Shown here piece by piece: positions 1 to 38,600 of a stretch of 64,000 bases of DNA. A program made the translations under genes and the position numbers. The stretch is from Macrostomum lignano (Eukaryota). The notes beneath the pieces were generated by a model. That model ran no database searches. It was not told the origin of the DNA and worked only from the letters and a program-made list of their open reading frames with translations. The DNA lies in contig NIVC01001201.1 in assembly GCA_002269645.1 (NCBI GenBank), positions 248,001-312,000 on the forward strand, read 5' to 3'. Position 1 is the stretch's first letter. Each line of letters begins with the position of its first letter.

Positions 1-101
1 AGAACCACAGTATTCTGTGAGACGAACCTTGAATTGTTATTCTGAAGTTTGTACTGGGGTTTGCCGACACCTGTTCTAAGACATCGATATAATGTGTACA
101 G

Positions 102-25571
<25,470 letters not shown>

Positions 25572-25866
25572 ATTTGGCTGTTGGGCAACAAAGAAAAACT
25601 TTTAATGATAGAAGAAGTCTGGATTTAGCGATTGACAGCTCTGTTTTTAATGGTGTAACCTTTTGTACTTCTAACAGTAGTTGTCGAAAACCGAATTCTG
25701 CTTTAAAATGCATTGGCGAGTTAGGAATCTCCCATTCTTACGACCGTAGCTCTAAAATTAGCGATTGCTTCTCGTTCTGCCCTTCTGATGTTCATTTGGT
25801 CGGAGCTTGCCTTCACAAGATTGAACTTGGTTCTGGGAGAACGCTAAGTCTTTGTAGACGGTACGA

Positions 25867-26625
25867 CAGTTGGGGTCATAGGCAGCTTAGGTCATAGACA
25901 ACTTGACTTGGGTCATACACAGCTTGGTTCATAGACAGCTTGGGTCATAGACAGCTTGGGTCATGGACAGCTTGGGTCATAGACTGCGTGGGTCATAGAC
26001 AGATTGACTCATAGACAGTTGAGGTCATAGACAGCTTGGGTCGTAGACAGCTTGGGTCTTAGACTGCGTGGGTCATAGACTGCTTGGGTCATGGACAGCT
26101 TGGGTCATAGACAGTTGAGGTCATAGACAGCTTGAGTCATAGACTGCTTGGGTCATGGACAGCTTGGGTCATAGACTGCTTGGGTCATGGACAGCTTGGG
26201 TCATAGACTGCTTGGGTCATAGACTGCTTGGGTCATAGACTGCTTGGGTCATAGACAGCTTGGATTATAGACAGATTAACCAATAGACAGTTGAGGTCAT
26301 AGACAGCTTGGGTCATAGACTGCGTGGGTCATAGACTGCTTGGGTCATAAACTGCTTGGATCATAGACTGCTTGGGTCATAGAAAGCTTGGGGCATAGAC
26401 TGCTTGGGTCATAGACAGCTTGGATTATAGACAGATTGACTCATAGACAGTTGAGGTCATAAACAGCTTGGGTCATAGACTGCTAGGGTCATCGACTGCT
26501 TGGATCATAGACTGCCATGCTTGGGTCATGAAAAGCTTGGGGTGGGGCATAGACAGCTTGGGTTATAGAAAACTTGGGTCATAGACAGTTTGGTTCGTAG
26601 AAAATTGGGTCATATACATTGGACT
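25867..26625 (+). repeat. 16-17-bp minisatellite GGGTCATAGACAGCTT
   Basis: Directly visible with many variants; downstream of the PKD1L stop. Confidence 0.93.
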
Positions 26626-27467
26626 GCTTCATAGATAGTTTGAAAAGAAAAATCAAAACTTACTATCTCGCTAACGCATTCCGAATCCAACTAGACCCTC
26701 AATTTCTTTCATAAATTGGTCCCATATTTTGCCCACCATTACACGGAGGAGCACCACGTTGAGGCGAACAAAAGTTTTAATGTGATTTTTCTCCCCTCTT
26801 TTTGGCAGTTTCGTAGCCTTTTTCTTCTCTCCAGCATATTGATATTTTTCTATATTAGAAAGAATTTTCATATACTCTAAGTAGCTCGCAAGCGTTTTTT
26901 GAAAGCGATTAGTAGGATTATCACCATGTTTGGAAGTACCAAAAACAATTGCTTGATATTGACGCTACCAGCTTATTCTATAAAACTATCTACTGATGTA
27001 TGCTACTTTCAGTAGGCCTAATTGTCTTCTAGAAAGCTAATACTCGTTTATCTGTCACTCGTATGCTACTCTCTACTGTTTAAACAGCAATCAGTCTCGC
27101 TTCGTTATTTAAAACTCTTTGCTGTGCTTTTCTGCTTCAGCTACTAGTAAGTAGCAATCAAAGAATATTTCTAAATTTTCCATCGAACTATTTAATTTTT
27201 TTAAATTCTTGTTGCTACCCCAAAAATTTTATCATTTTTCTTGAGGAAATAAAAAACGCACGAAAGTTTTCAAATAAAGGTTTCAACCAGCAGCACAAAT
27301 CCGGTCATTGATGATTGTTTTCATTTTAGAATTAGAAGCTTTTTGTATATTTCTGTACACTGAGTGAGTGAGTCTGAGTGGGAACTGGCCGAGACAACCC
27401 TCGTTGTTTCGTTTCGTGAATACGAAAAGTTTTCGGTTTGTGGCCGTTTGGTCATGTGGATGCTCGA

Positions 27468-27955
27468 GTCATAGACGTTTTGTGACATGGACAATTGCGG
27501 TCATAGTTTTGGACATAAACCATTTAGGTCATATATACGATTAGCTTGGGTTAACGACAGTTTGTGGGTCATAGATAGTTTGGGGTATAGACAGTTGAGT
27601 CATAGACAGCTTGGGGTCATAGACAGTTGGGGTCATAGTTTTGGACAAAAACCGTTTAGGTCATATATAGCTTGGGTTAACGACAGTTCAGTGATAGCTA
27701 GAGTTACAGACCATGTGGTCATAGACAGTTTGTGGGTCATATAGAGTTTGGGTCATAGACAGCTTGCGTCATAGACAGTTTGTGAGTCATAGACAGTCTG
27801 AGTCATAGTTTGTGGGTCATAGACAGTTGGGTTATAGACAGTTTGTGGGTCATAGACAGTTGGGTCATAGACAGTTGGGTCATAGACAGTTTTTTTGGTC
27901 GGATAGTTTAGGTAATAGACCATCTGGTTATAGACAGCTTGGGGTCGTAGACAGT
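27468..27955 (+). repeat. Second GTCATAGACAG-core array, degenerate
   Basis: Same core and orientation as 25867-26625. Confidence 0.85.
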
Positions 27956-28487
27956 TAATTTTGTTTATTCGCAGCCAGACTTCACTTAACTCCAAAGATT
28001 ATGCTAGTTAGTTTGTTTAATCCAACTCAATATTTCTGTGTTCGAGCAGCAAATCTCGCATGACCATTGCTCGGATGCCTACAGTTCTACGACTAAAACT
28101 AGCAAAAAACAACATGGAAAGCAAATATTCAGCTGAATCGCCAAGCTCATCTACTGCTGAGTTCATCTACTCGTAAACTATAAAACTACTGCAAATAGTC
28201 ACGAAAGCGCTAACAGAAATTTGCTGATAGCGTGCGGAACTAAGGAGCGGGTGAATTTAGGAACTAAAAAAATTTCGCATAGCAACACAACATGGAACGA
28301 TAAAAGTACGGCGACAACCCATGGGAGTTTGAATTTGTTGGAGATTTTTTTTCCAAAGAAAAAGTAAAATAGAAAAGTTAAAAAAACGACTTCGTCGGTG
28401 TAAAGAACGGAGTGCAAAAATATCGGCCTTCAATCAAGTTTCCATTGATCTTGCTTTGCCTCGCCTCGGAATTTTCAAGACAAATCG

Positions 28488-28800
28488 CCGTCCTTGTACT
28501 TTAGCCGTCCTTGCACTTCAACCATCCTTGCACTTCAGCCATCCTTGCACTTCAGCCATCCTTGCACTTCAGCCATCCTTGCACTTCAACAATCCTTGCA
28601 CTTTAGCCGTCCTTGCACTTTAGCCATCCTTGCACTTCAGCCATCCTTGCACTTCAGCCATCCTTGCACTTTAGCCGTCTTTGCACTTTAGCTATCCTTG
28701 CACTTTAGCCGTCCTTGCACTTTAAGCTATCCTTGCACTTTAGCCGTCCTTGCACTTTAAGCTATCCTTGAACTTTAGCCGTCCTTGCACTTTTGTCAAT
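28488..28800 (+). repeat. 17-bp minisatellite CCATCCTTGCACTTCAG, ~17 copies
   Basis: Directly visible, just downstream of the ENT4 stop codon. Confidence 0.93.
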
Positions 28801-28882
28801 CGTCCCTTCACTTTAGCCGATCTTTTGTACTTTTCGCACCTTAGCCAATTCTCCTTGCACTTTAGTCGTACTTGCACTAAAG

Positions 28883-29394
28883 TCAGCGGCCAATCACGTG
28901 ACTGACATTGTAGTCGCCGCAGGCGTACTGCCACGGCTGCAGCTTGGCTGGGATCGGGCCCAGCAGGTCGTCCAGCCAGTAGGAGAGGCCGCTGCCCGCT
29001 GTGAGACCCACGCTGTAGCTCAGCGTCATCAGATTGCCTGCGGGCGGCGAGTCGGAGCGGGGAAGCTGGGTTGGAGATTTGAAGGGAGTAGGGGCCATGA
29101 ATTTTCCCTGAGCGCGACTCATCCGACCATGAGATGGCAGTGCAAGAATCAGAAGCCCGGACACAAACCCTTAACGAGGACACCGGGTCCTGTAATTACC
29201 TTTCCTAAAAGCAAGACGGGGCCTGACATCCTGACGAGTCTGCCCCCCTGCTGATGGATTGAGAAATCTGATTATTCTGTCAGGTGGGAGAGCAAATCCG
29301 CTGGACCACCCTCCTTGCTGTCTTTCTTCTTCAAGCTTTTTGTTTTTCTGCGCAGAAATTGTTAGCTTCAAAATTCTGTCTGTCAGAGTGTCTA

Positions 29395-29493
<99 letters not shown>

Positions 29494-29496
29494 GGG

Positions 29497-29551
<55 letters not shown>

Positions 29552-32500
29552 TTCGCAAAGGAAATTTGAAGTACCCTAATGAGATGCAGATCAAATCAGA
29601 CATCAGGGGCTTAAAGTGTTTCCTGTTGCTAATCAAGTTTTCTCTGTAGCTCAACTTTCTGATATTTTGAAATCCAATTTGATCCTCTTGTTCTGTTTAA
29701 TTTCGAGATAAGAAGTGCAAGGCCGCGACCAAGATGTTAAATTTAGTAACGAAATGAAACGGAGTTTAAAAGTAAACAAGGTCATACCCCTTCTCCCTGA
29801 TGGGTTATACCTGATCCACATTCTCCCCCGATCCCTAATCTTCCAGATCCATTATCTTCCCAGATCACCACCATTCTACCCAGAACCCCAATCTCCCCAG
29901 ATCCCCAATCTCCCCAGATCCCAAATCTCCTAGATCCCAAATCTCCCAGATCCCAAATCTCCCAGATACCAAATCTCCCAGATCCCCAATATTCCAGATC
30001 CTCAATCTCCCAGATCTTAAATCTCCCAGATCCCAAATCTCCCAGATCCCAAATCTCCTAGATCCCAAATCTCCCAGATCCCAAATCTCCCAGATCCCCA
30101 ATCTTCCAGATCCCAAATCTCCCAGATCCCAAATCTCCCAGATCCCAAATCTCCCAGATCCCCAATCTTCCAGATCCCAAATCTCCTAGATCCCAAATCT
30201 CCCAGATCCCAAATCTCCCAGACCCCCAAATCTTCCAGATACCCAATCTCCCAGATCCCCAATCTCCCAGATCCCCAATCTCCCCAGATCCCAAATCTCC
30301 TAGATCCCAAATCTCACAGATCCCAAATCTCCCAGATCCCCAATCTTCCAGATCCCAAATCTCCCAGATCCCAAATCTCCCAGATCCCAAATCTCCCAGA
30401 TCCCCAATCTTCCAGATCCCAAATCTCCTAGATCCCAAATCTCCCAGATCCCCAAACTCCCAGATCCCCAATCTCCCCAGATCCCAAAAATTTCATCAGT
30501 CGGAATGCCCCCAGCCGCCAGCCCCTCTCACCGGCGATCTCCCTATGCGAGCTCTGCACAGTCTTGGGCGCGTTGATCATCGGCAGGCTGCCGAAGTAGC
30601 CGTTGGTGGCGCCGAGCAGGGCGGTGACGAAGCAGGCCCAGGACTCGCTGCTGATGTGCGGCCGCTGCCTGGGGCTGGCGCAGCTCATAAACAGCGGCAC
30701 CAGGCAGACGCGGAAGATGCTGCAGGCCAGCAGGGGGCCGCCGCGCCAGGCGATGGGGAAGGCGGCCAGCAGCTTGCCGACAAGGTCGCTGCCGTTGAAG
30801 ACGGCCATGAGCAGGACGGGCATCCAGTCGCGCAGGCGGCAGGACGGGATCTCGGACTCGATGCCAGGGAAGAGGCTGAGGCTGACCAGGTAGCAGAGGG
30901 CGATGGCGGCCATGTACAGCCAGACTTTGTGCGCGATGTTCAGCCTGGTCTGCAGGCCGGCTGCAGTGGCGTTCGGTGGCGTTCACTGTTATGATTTGCC
31001 TTGCCAATTCACTATTAACGCTTGTATTTCTAAGGTCAGCTTTCGGCCACTCCAAATTAACTTTTCATGGCTCCGATGCCCTCTCTGAGAAGTCAGAAAT
31101 CATAACAAGCGTTTCCTGAGTCCCTGGGTTCCTGAGTCCCTGGGTTCCTGATTCCCTGGGTTCCTGAGTCCCTGGGTTCCTGAGTCCCTGGGTTCCTGAT
31201 TCCCTGGGTTCCTGATTCCCTGGGTTCCTGAGTCCCTGGGTTCCTGAGTCCCTGGGTTCCTGATTCCCTGGGTTCCTGAGTCCCTGGGTTCCTGAGTCCC
31301 TGGGTTCCTGAGTCACTGGGTTCCTGAGTCCCTGGGTTCCTTATTCCCTGGGTTCCTGAGTCCCTGGGTTCCTGAGTCCCTGGATTCGATTCCGCCGGGT
31401 TGACTAATGCGCTCATGAGAAGCAATTTCGGAGGTCGGCGGAAAGCGCATCCTGAATTGCCTTCTCCCTTCGCTGAATCTCCTCCACTCTGACACCTCGG
31501 GATCAGCTGGATGGACAGACCGAAAATCAAGGAAGCTCACGGATGCGTACTCAGGCACACGCTGATCACACAGGGTGTACACAGCGGCTCCGAATTTCTC
31601 AGATTGGCCCAGTGAATGGTGGATCCCGCCATTGAAGTCCCGGGTCACTTTTCCCCGCCCCGGAGTCGAACCCAGGTGCTCCGGGTCCTGCCTACGACGG
31701 TTCCTCACCTTCCACTCCCAGGTGCCGCGGCGTCCGCGTGGCCGAGGCGGCCGCCACCGTCGAATCGCCGTTGTCGAGCAGGTCGGCATCGGCTCGATTC
31801 GGAGGCGGCGGACTCAGCACCGCCTCGCCGACATCCAAGTAGCCGAGGTCCATCATCTCGGGCTGGTAGGCGGGGTTCTCCAGTCCAGGCAGCATCCGCT
31901 CGCGGTCCTCGGCTACCCGAGGACGTTGAGGAATCTCCGACTGCTGCTGCCTGGTCGGCCGGATGAACTGCCGCACGAACTGCGACTTCACGGCCAGGGT
32001 GAAGGTGAGCAGGCAGAGCAGCAGCAGGCAGCTGGACAGGATGAAGAACAGCGCAGTGCTGGGCGCCGCCGATGCCACGGCGCTCTTCGTGACGATGCGG
32101 TTCAGCGAGACGATGAAGCCGGCGCAGCTCTCGCCCAGCATCACCGCCTGGGTGTAGCGGCGCGGCAGCAGCGAGGCGTAGCCGTAGAAGCTGGACTGCT
32201 GGACTGCAGGCGGCGGGTGGGCGCGGGTTCGAATCTCAGGGTTTGATCTGTTATATGGTGTCTCTGTAGGTGTGTCAGGTATCCCAGGGCAGGTGTGTCA
32301 GGTATCTCGGGGCAGGTGTGTCAGGTATCTTAGAGCAGGTGTGTCAGGTATCTTAGAGCAGGTGTGTCAGGTATCTCGGGGCAGGTGTGTCAGGTATCTT
32401 AGAGCAGGTGTGTCAGGTATCTCGGGGCAGGTGTGTCAGGTATCTCGGGTAGGTGTGTCAGGTATCTCGGGGTAGGTGTGTCAGGTATCTCGGGGCAGGT

Positions 32501-34054
32501 ATGTCAGGTATCTCAGGGTAGGTGTGTCAGGTATCTCGGGGCAGGTGTGTCAGGTATCTCAGGGCAGGTGTGTCAGGTATCTCAGGGCAGGTGTGTCAGG
32601 TATCTTAGAGCAGGTGTGTCAGGTATCTCGGGGCAGGTGTGTCAGGTATCTTAGAGCAGGTGTGTCAGGTATCTCGGGGCAGGTGTGTCAGGTATCTCGG
32701 GGCAGGTGTGTCAGGTATCTCAGGGTAGGTGTGTCAGGTATCTCGGGACAGGTGTGTCAGGTATCTCAGGGCAGGTGTGTCAGGTATCTCGGGGCAGGTG
32801 TGTCAGGTATCTCAGGGTAGGTGTGTCAGGTATCTCGGGACAGGTGTGTCAGGTATCTCAGGGCAGGTGTGTCAGGTATCTCAGAGTAGGTGTGTCAGGT
32901 ATCTCAGGCAACCCCCAGGAACGCAAGCAACCCAGGTAGCCCAGGCAACCCCAAGAAATTAAGCAACCCAGGTAGCCCAGGCAACACCAGGAACCCAAGC
33001 AACCCAGGTAGCCCAGGCAACACCAGGAACCCAAGCAATCCAGGCAACCCAGGCAACACCAGGAATCCAAGCAATCCAGGCAACCCAGGCAACACCAGGA
33101 ACCCAAACAATCCCAGGCAACCCAGGCAACACCAGGAACCCAAGCAATCCAGGCAACCCAGGCAACACCAGGAATCCAAGCAATTGAGGCAACCCAGGCA
33201 ACACCAGGAATCCAAGCAACCCAGGTAGCCCAGGCAACACCAGGAACCCAAGCAACCCAGGTAGCCCAGGCAACACCAGGAACCCAAACAATCCCAGGCA
33301 ACCCAGGCAACACCAGGAACCCAAACAATCCCAGGCAATCCAGGCAACACCAGGAACCCAAACAATCCCAGGCAACCCAGGCAACACCAGGAACCCAAAC
33401 AATCCCAGGCAACCCAGGCAACACCAGGAACCCAAGCAGCTCACTTGTGCATCCCAGCGACACAACGCCAGCGCTGATGAGGGTCAGCCGATACGACCAC
33501 TCAGGCGGGAAGATATTCAGGATGATGTCAAAGAAGGTGGTCAGGAACAGCACCACTATGGCAATCATATAGCCGAAGGTGATTCGCCAGCGAAGGTGCA
33601 CCCGGTTCACCAGGGCGTTGGTGAGCAGCACGCTGCCCAGCATCACAGTGATGTAGGTCATGCTGATGTCGAACACGATCAGGTGGCTGTCGAAGCGCTG
33701 CTGATAAAAGTCCACCGCGTTCACGAAGCTGTTGTAGGGCAGCAGGAAGCCGACGCCGGCCAGCACCATGGACAGGTACACCAGGTGGTAGCGGTCCCGC
33801 AGCTCCAGCCGGCTGTCATCGACTTCGTCCAGCTGCTCGAAACGTCGCCGCCGACTCGCCGGCTGTTCGTCATCGACAACTTCGTCGGCTTCCTCGCCAA
33901 CTTCGTCGGCCTCCTCCACGAATTCGGCGGCTACAGCAGCCGGCGGCGCGGTCGTCCGCGGCATGGCGAGGCTGGCCGGGCGCTGAATCGAGGAAGCTGG
34001 ACGGTCGGCAGCTTCATCGTTCAGGCTGATGGAAGTGTAAGCCCCGGGCTCCAT
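28883..34054 (-). CDS. SLC29A4: Equilibrative nucleoside transporter, ENT4/PMAT-like, 4 exons, 562 aa
   Basis: Exons 34054-33445, 32203-31709, 30960-30532, 29037-28883, all junctions phase 1. Motifs: DRYHLVYLSMVLAGVGFLLPYNSF, GCTIQQSSFYGYASLLPRRYTQAVMLGESCAG, LSLFPGIESEI, FNGSDLVGK, LLGATNGYFGSLPMINAP, AGNLMTLSYSVGLTAGS. The QQSSFYG and GNxMTxSY motifs match ENT4 rather than ENT1-3. Confidence 0.93.
29385..29550 (+). repeat. (CTGT)n microsatellite
   Basis: Directly visible in ENT4 intron 3. Confidence 0.97.
29880..30487 (+). repeat. 16-bp minisatellite ATCTCCCAGATCCCAA, ~37 copies
   Basis: Directly visible in ENT4 intron 3. Confidence 0.95.
31110..31385 (+). repeat. 16-bp minisatellite TGGGTTCCTGAGTCCC, ~17 copies
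   Basis: Directly visible in ENT4 intron 2. Confidence 0.95.
31400..31700 (-). mobile_element. SINE-like element (copy B) with Pol III B-box and a core shared with copy A
   Basis: GGTTCGACTCC (exact B-box) at 31672-31662. Segment 31541-31588 aligns with 24900-24943. Boundaries approximate. Confidence 0.55.
32270..32905 (+). repeat. 23-bp minisatellite CAGGTGTGTCAGGTATCTCGGGG, ~27 copies
   Basis: Directly visible in ENT4 intron 1. Confidence 0.95.
32908..33436 (+). repeat. 36-37-bp compound repeat (CAACCCAGGCAACACCAGGAACCCAAG-type)
   Basis: Abuts the 23-bp array and runs to within ~8 nt of the ENT4 exon 1 donor. Confidence 0.92.
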
Positions 34055-35027
34055 TGGCCAGATCCGCAGCGGCTCCGCCAGCGCTGCCAGCCGGGCCGGT
34101 CAGTTTTGTGCCGCTCAGCTCCGCGGCTTCTCCCGCCTTCCCTCCCCGCCTTCCCCGCCTTCCCCGCCTGTGCGCTCCGTGGATGAGGGATCGGACAGGG
34201 AGTTGGGGGATCAGGCACGGGAGTGTACAGGCGGGTTGAGGTTGTTATTTGGGAGGAGAGATGAAGGAGGCTGGGGTAGCAGCTCAGTACGGTTTTCCGC
34301 TGTCTGCCTGCCTGTCTGAATCCCCTTTCCCAAATCCACCCTGTGCAGTGCACGGCCCAGCCCGGCTCGCAAGTCTGCCATCGAACGGGAAAGCAACTCC
34401 AGCACTACTAGATTAGTAGAAATGCACGCTAATTAAGCCTTTTTATAAATATCTGAGCAGCATTCAGACAAGAACTGCTCAAGTAGAAGGACAGGAGACT
34501 GCGAGCCGTACGTTTCTTAGAAAACGTTTATGAGGCTGGTTTTTTCCGAAAACTACACTATAGAGATAGGAAGTTTTCATTTTTTAGCACAAAAATTTGT
34601 TTTTGCTTTCGATAGGAGGCAGACCCAGTGCTCCTCTTTTGATATGTTGTGCCTCTCTTATAGCTCTATTGATATTTATAAAGCTTTTTGTTCAGAAAAT
34701 CAGGATTCTGTGTAAATACTTTGTTCCACGCACAACTGCACATGTCCTGTGCCGAAAAAACACTAAAATGTCACGGCTCGGCTCATTGGTTTTATGAATA
34801 TATTTTGTCATTTTTAGCTCACTGTGTAACAATATGTGTAACAGAGATGATTAAATAGATTTATTAAACCAAAGATTCGAGCTGTGCCATGCATTTTTAT
34901 GATTTTTAGGTGCAGGGAATGTCTGTCTTCGCACCTTCTCAAACACGAATCAATCATCAATCACTGGGGCATTCGGTGCAGCCCCAGTGCGCCAATCAGC
35001 ACTGCGCATCAGCACAATGGACCGCAT

Positions 35028-35314
35028 GTGTGTCTGCATCAGCTGTGACTTCGGTAGCCATGTGTGTCTGCATCAGCTGTGACTTCGGTAGCCATGTGTG
35101 TCTGCATCAGCTGTGACTTCGGTGGCCATGTGTGTCTGCATCAGCTGTGACTTCCGTGGCCATGTGTGTCTGTATCAGCTGTGACTTCGGTGGCCATGTG
35201 TGTCTGCATCAGCTGTGACTTCGGTGGCCATGTGTGTCTGCATCAGCTGTGACTTCGGTGGCCATGTGTGTCTGTATCAGCTGTGACTTCGGTGGCCATG
35301 TGTGTCTGCATCAG
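35028..35314 (+). repeat. 34-bp minisatellite GTGTGTCTGCATCAGCTGTGACTTCGGTGGCCAT, 8 full units plus a 15-nt partial
   Basis: GTGTGTCTG starts at 35028, 35062 and every 34 nt to 35300. Confidence 0.95.
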
Positions 35315-35662
35315 GTCTGACTTCGGTGGTCCACTGGCCTTCACCAAGGATACTCCGACTTCGCTTGATCAAGCCTTCACATCGGAGCAAACCTCAGCTG
35401 CGGAGCTCGGCTTACGCACCCGAGGTGTGTTGCACTGCAGCTGCAGCATCTTCATCTGGCCGCAGTCATGCAGAACTGCAAAGGCAAATATAATTATAAA
35501 TGCCTGAAATTTTTGTCACGCGCAGCTCAAGTTCGCTGGAGAGGGCCGGAGCGTGTTGACCACGCGGGTAGAACTGGCGAGACAGACAGAAATAAACTGG
35601 CATATGATCGACCGTTACAGACGGAGTGAGAGCTTGGCACCTGGGCCTGTGCTCAGTTTGCT

Positions 35663-38600
35663 GTGTTTGTCGAGACTGTGTTTTTCTCTGCTGGCGCTCA
35701 GCGGTGCGGAGAGGCGCAGCGAAGGAAGAGGGGGGAGGGGGTCAGAGAAGAGAGCAGAGCGTTTGGCCACACCGCAAGCCCCCCTCAGACCGCAGACTCA
35801 GCTCTCTTCCGCTCTATCCATTTCTTTTCAAAAAGAGAGCAGGCGGGTCAACGGCAAAGCCTGACTCTGAGAGAAGAAAATGTTGAGGCCAGCGGAGCCG
35901 CTGAATTGAAACTCGTCATCGCTGAAGCTGCTCAAGGCCTCTCCCCAGTTATGATTGCCGACGACTCCGAGCGGGCGCTGACCTCCGGCCTGCTCAGCGC
36001 GCTGGGAACCGAGGCGCGCCAGATCCCGCTGCGCCCGACCACGGCCGGCCTCACCCGGCGGGCCCGCCTGGCCAAGCCGACGGCGCCTCTGCCGCTTGAG
36101 GAAGATGGCGGCTCCGGTGGGGACGGCGTCCTGCAGCTGCCGCTGATCGACGACGCTCGCCGACAGAAGCGTCGGAAGCGGCCACCGGCTGGCGGCTCCA
36201 GTCCGGACCGGCTGGAAGCACTCGGCCCCCGGCGCCTCGGCGCCATCGCGCTGCGCACCACCGTCGAGTGGGTCGGCGACGACCGTCTGGCACAACTGTC
36301 GCTGGGCGGCGGCAAGCCTGCGGCACCTGCTGGCCGCCTGCGCTTGGAGTCGGCCGAGGGTGAGGGTCGCGCCGAACAAGGCGAGTCGGCGACTCGACCT
36401 GCCACGGCCACCGCATCCTGGCGTCGACGCCGCTCGGAGACGTCGCCGAAGCCGATGGCTGCCGATGTTGCCGATTGCGTCAACACGCGCTACGCGGTGC
36501 TGAACGGCCGCACCCGGACGGAGGCCAGCGATTTCGAGGCCTTCAGGCGGCGCTACGGCCGCGGCAGCGACTGGGGTCGCGTGGCGTGGGCGGCCCGCGG
36601 CATGGAGCAGTTCCTCACCGCCTACTCCGTGCCGATCGCCTTCGTCAACGGCGAGAAGCTGGCGGCCCTGGCTGAGCAGCTCGACTTGTCCGGCCGGCGG
36701 CCGACCGGAGCTCAGCTTCTCGACTGTCTCATCAACCGGTCGGACGTGGCGCGGCTGGTGTCGCAGCCCGGCCGGCGGTTCTCCGGCCCGGACGGCCGGT
36801 TCCGAGCCTGCGCGCTCATCCAGGCCCGTTGGCGCGGCTTCGCGCAGCGCCGCCGCTACCTGGAGCTGCGGCGCCGGCGTCAGGCGGCCGTTGTCATCGC
36901 CACGGCCTGGCTGCTGCAACTGCGCCGGAGGGTCGCCCGGGTGCGTCTCAGCGAAGCCCGGTCGCAGCACCTGGACGGCTACAGGCGCAGGCTGCGGCTG
37001 CTCGCCAAGAACTGGGCGGACTGGCAGCGCCAGCGCCGCGTCCTGGTGCACATCCCGTCGGCTGGGCTCTCGGAGCGGACGCGGAGTCGTCTCGGCGATG
37101 ACGGAATCGACCAGCTGCAGGCCGGGCAGATGGCGCGGTTGTGCGACATCCGCGACCCAAATGTGGACGTCGTGCTGGTCTGCCCGCGGCCGGTGAGCCC
37201 GGAGGTGGCGCAGTACTTCAGCCGGCTGGCGGGCCTTCAGCCTGCCATCCGGTCGGGCCGCGCCGAGGACCAGGCGGACGCCAGCAGGAGGTTTCGCCTG
37301 GTGGTGCCGGAGGCGGTCGGTCAGTTCCGCGGGCTGCCGCTGTGCCTGTCCACCCTGCTCAACTACTCGCCGAAGGCGCTCCGCCAGATTCGCGAGGTGG
37401 TGGCGGGCCGGCGGGCCTTCATCGTGCCCGGGCTGGCCTGCGCCGACGACCTCGCCGTGGCCGACCAGCTGGACCTGCCGATCCTCTGCCCGGAGCCCGG
37501 CGCCCTACGGCTGTACAGCGGCAGCGCGGGAGTCGGAGAAATTCTTCGAGCCGCCGGGCTGCCGATGCCGCCGGGCGAAGCCGGGCTGGCGGCGTCGGTC
37601 GAATGTCTGGCAGACAGGCTGGCGGCGCTGGTCACCTCCAACCTGGACGTCGGCCGGTGGCAGGTGACGCTGGAGGATTCGGTCGACGAAGCGGAGGACG
37701 CGGATCGAAGCCGGCGGGTGTTCGACCCGGAGCGACTTCGCTGTCACCAGTGGGCGCTGGAGGAGCGGCAGCGGCTTGGAGAGGCGTGGTCAATGTCTTG
37801 GAGTCAGGAGAGCGTCAAGCTGAAGGTGCTGGAGGAGCTTCACCAGTCCGACTCGGCAGGGCTGAGCGGCCAGTGCGGCCGGGAGTTCCTGGCCGAGTTC
37901 GCCGCTCGCGGAGGCTGCATTCGAGCGTGCGCGGATGGCAGGGCGGCTCGGGTCAGCGCCGACCTCTGCGTTGAGCCTAGCGGAGCTGTGCGGCTCGTCA
38001 GCTGCGCGGACGGCGGCGGCAGCGGCGGTCCGAGGTTCGTACCCCAGTCAGCGCTGCCCCCGAGCCGCCTCTCCGAGCTCTGTGGCCGGCTCGGCTCGGC
38101 CTGCTTCGAACGACGACTCATCGGACACGTCAGCGTCGAGTTCGACGTGTTCCAGGAGGGCGGCAGCTCCGCGCCTGCCGTGCTGACAGCCGGGCTGCGG
38201 TTCGGCTATTCGGACACGGCCGCGATGGCGCAGCTGCTGCAGTTCGCCACCAACTCCAGCCTCGACCCGGTTGGCCACGAGCTCACGATGAGGCGGCGGC
38301 TTTCCGGCGGCGGCGGCGGAGGCGGCAGCAGCGGAGTTCGGCACCGACCGCGCACCGCCGCTGCTGCAGTCGGCTCCACCGGCAGTGGTCGTCAGCGTCG
38401 ATTTGCCGCTCTTTCGGCCGGCCTGCGGCACTCCGGCCTGGCCGCCGTGGACTTCGGCGTCTTCTTCCAGCTGTGCAAAGCCCGTGGCGTCGGGTTCGAC
38501 GTCGCGGACCTCACCGGCACCGTCTTCTGCCTGGCCGAATCGGCTCGGCGCGACCGCCTGTGCGTCCTGACGGTGTCGAACGGGCCGCATCGGGCGCGGG

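Noticed and set aside
30949-31730. Apparent frameshift in ENT4 between exons 2 and 3
   Set aside because: It arises only with the acceptor at 30949. The acceptor at 30960 keeps phase 1 and gives GVEAGLQTRLNIAHKVW, consistent with ENT4.
32858-33444. Hydrophobic, Cys-rich extension of ORF 32858-34054
   Set aside because: It follows the A|GTGAGC donor at 33444 and is intronic minisatellite.
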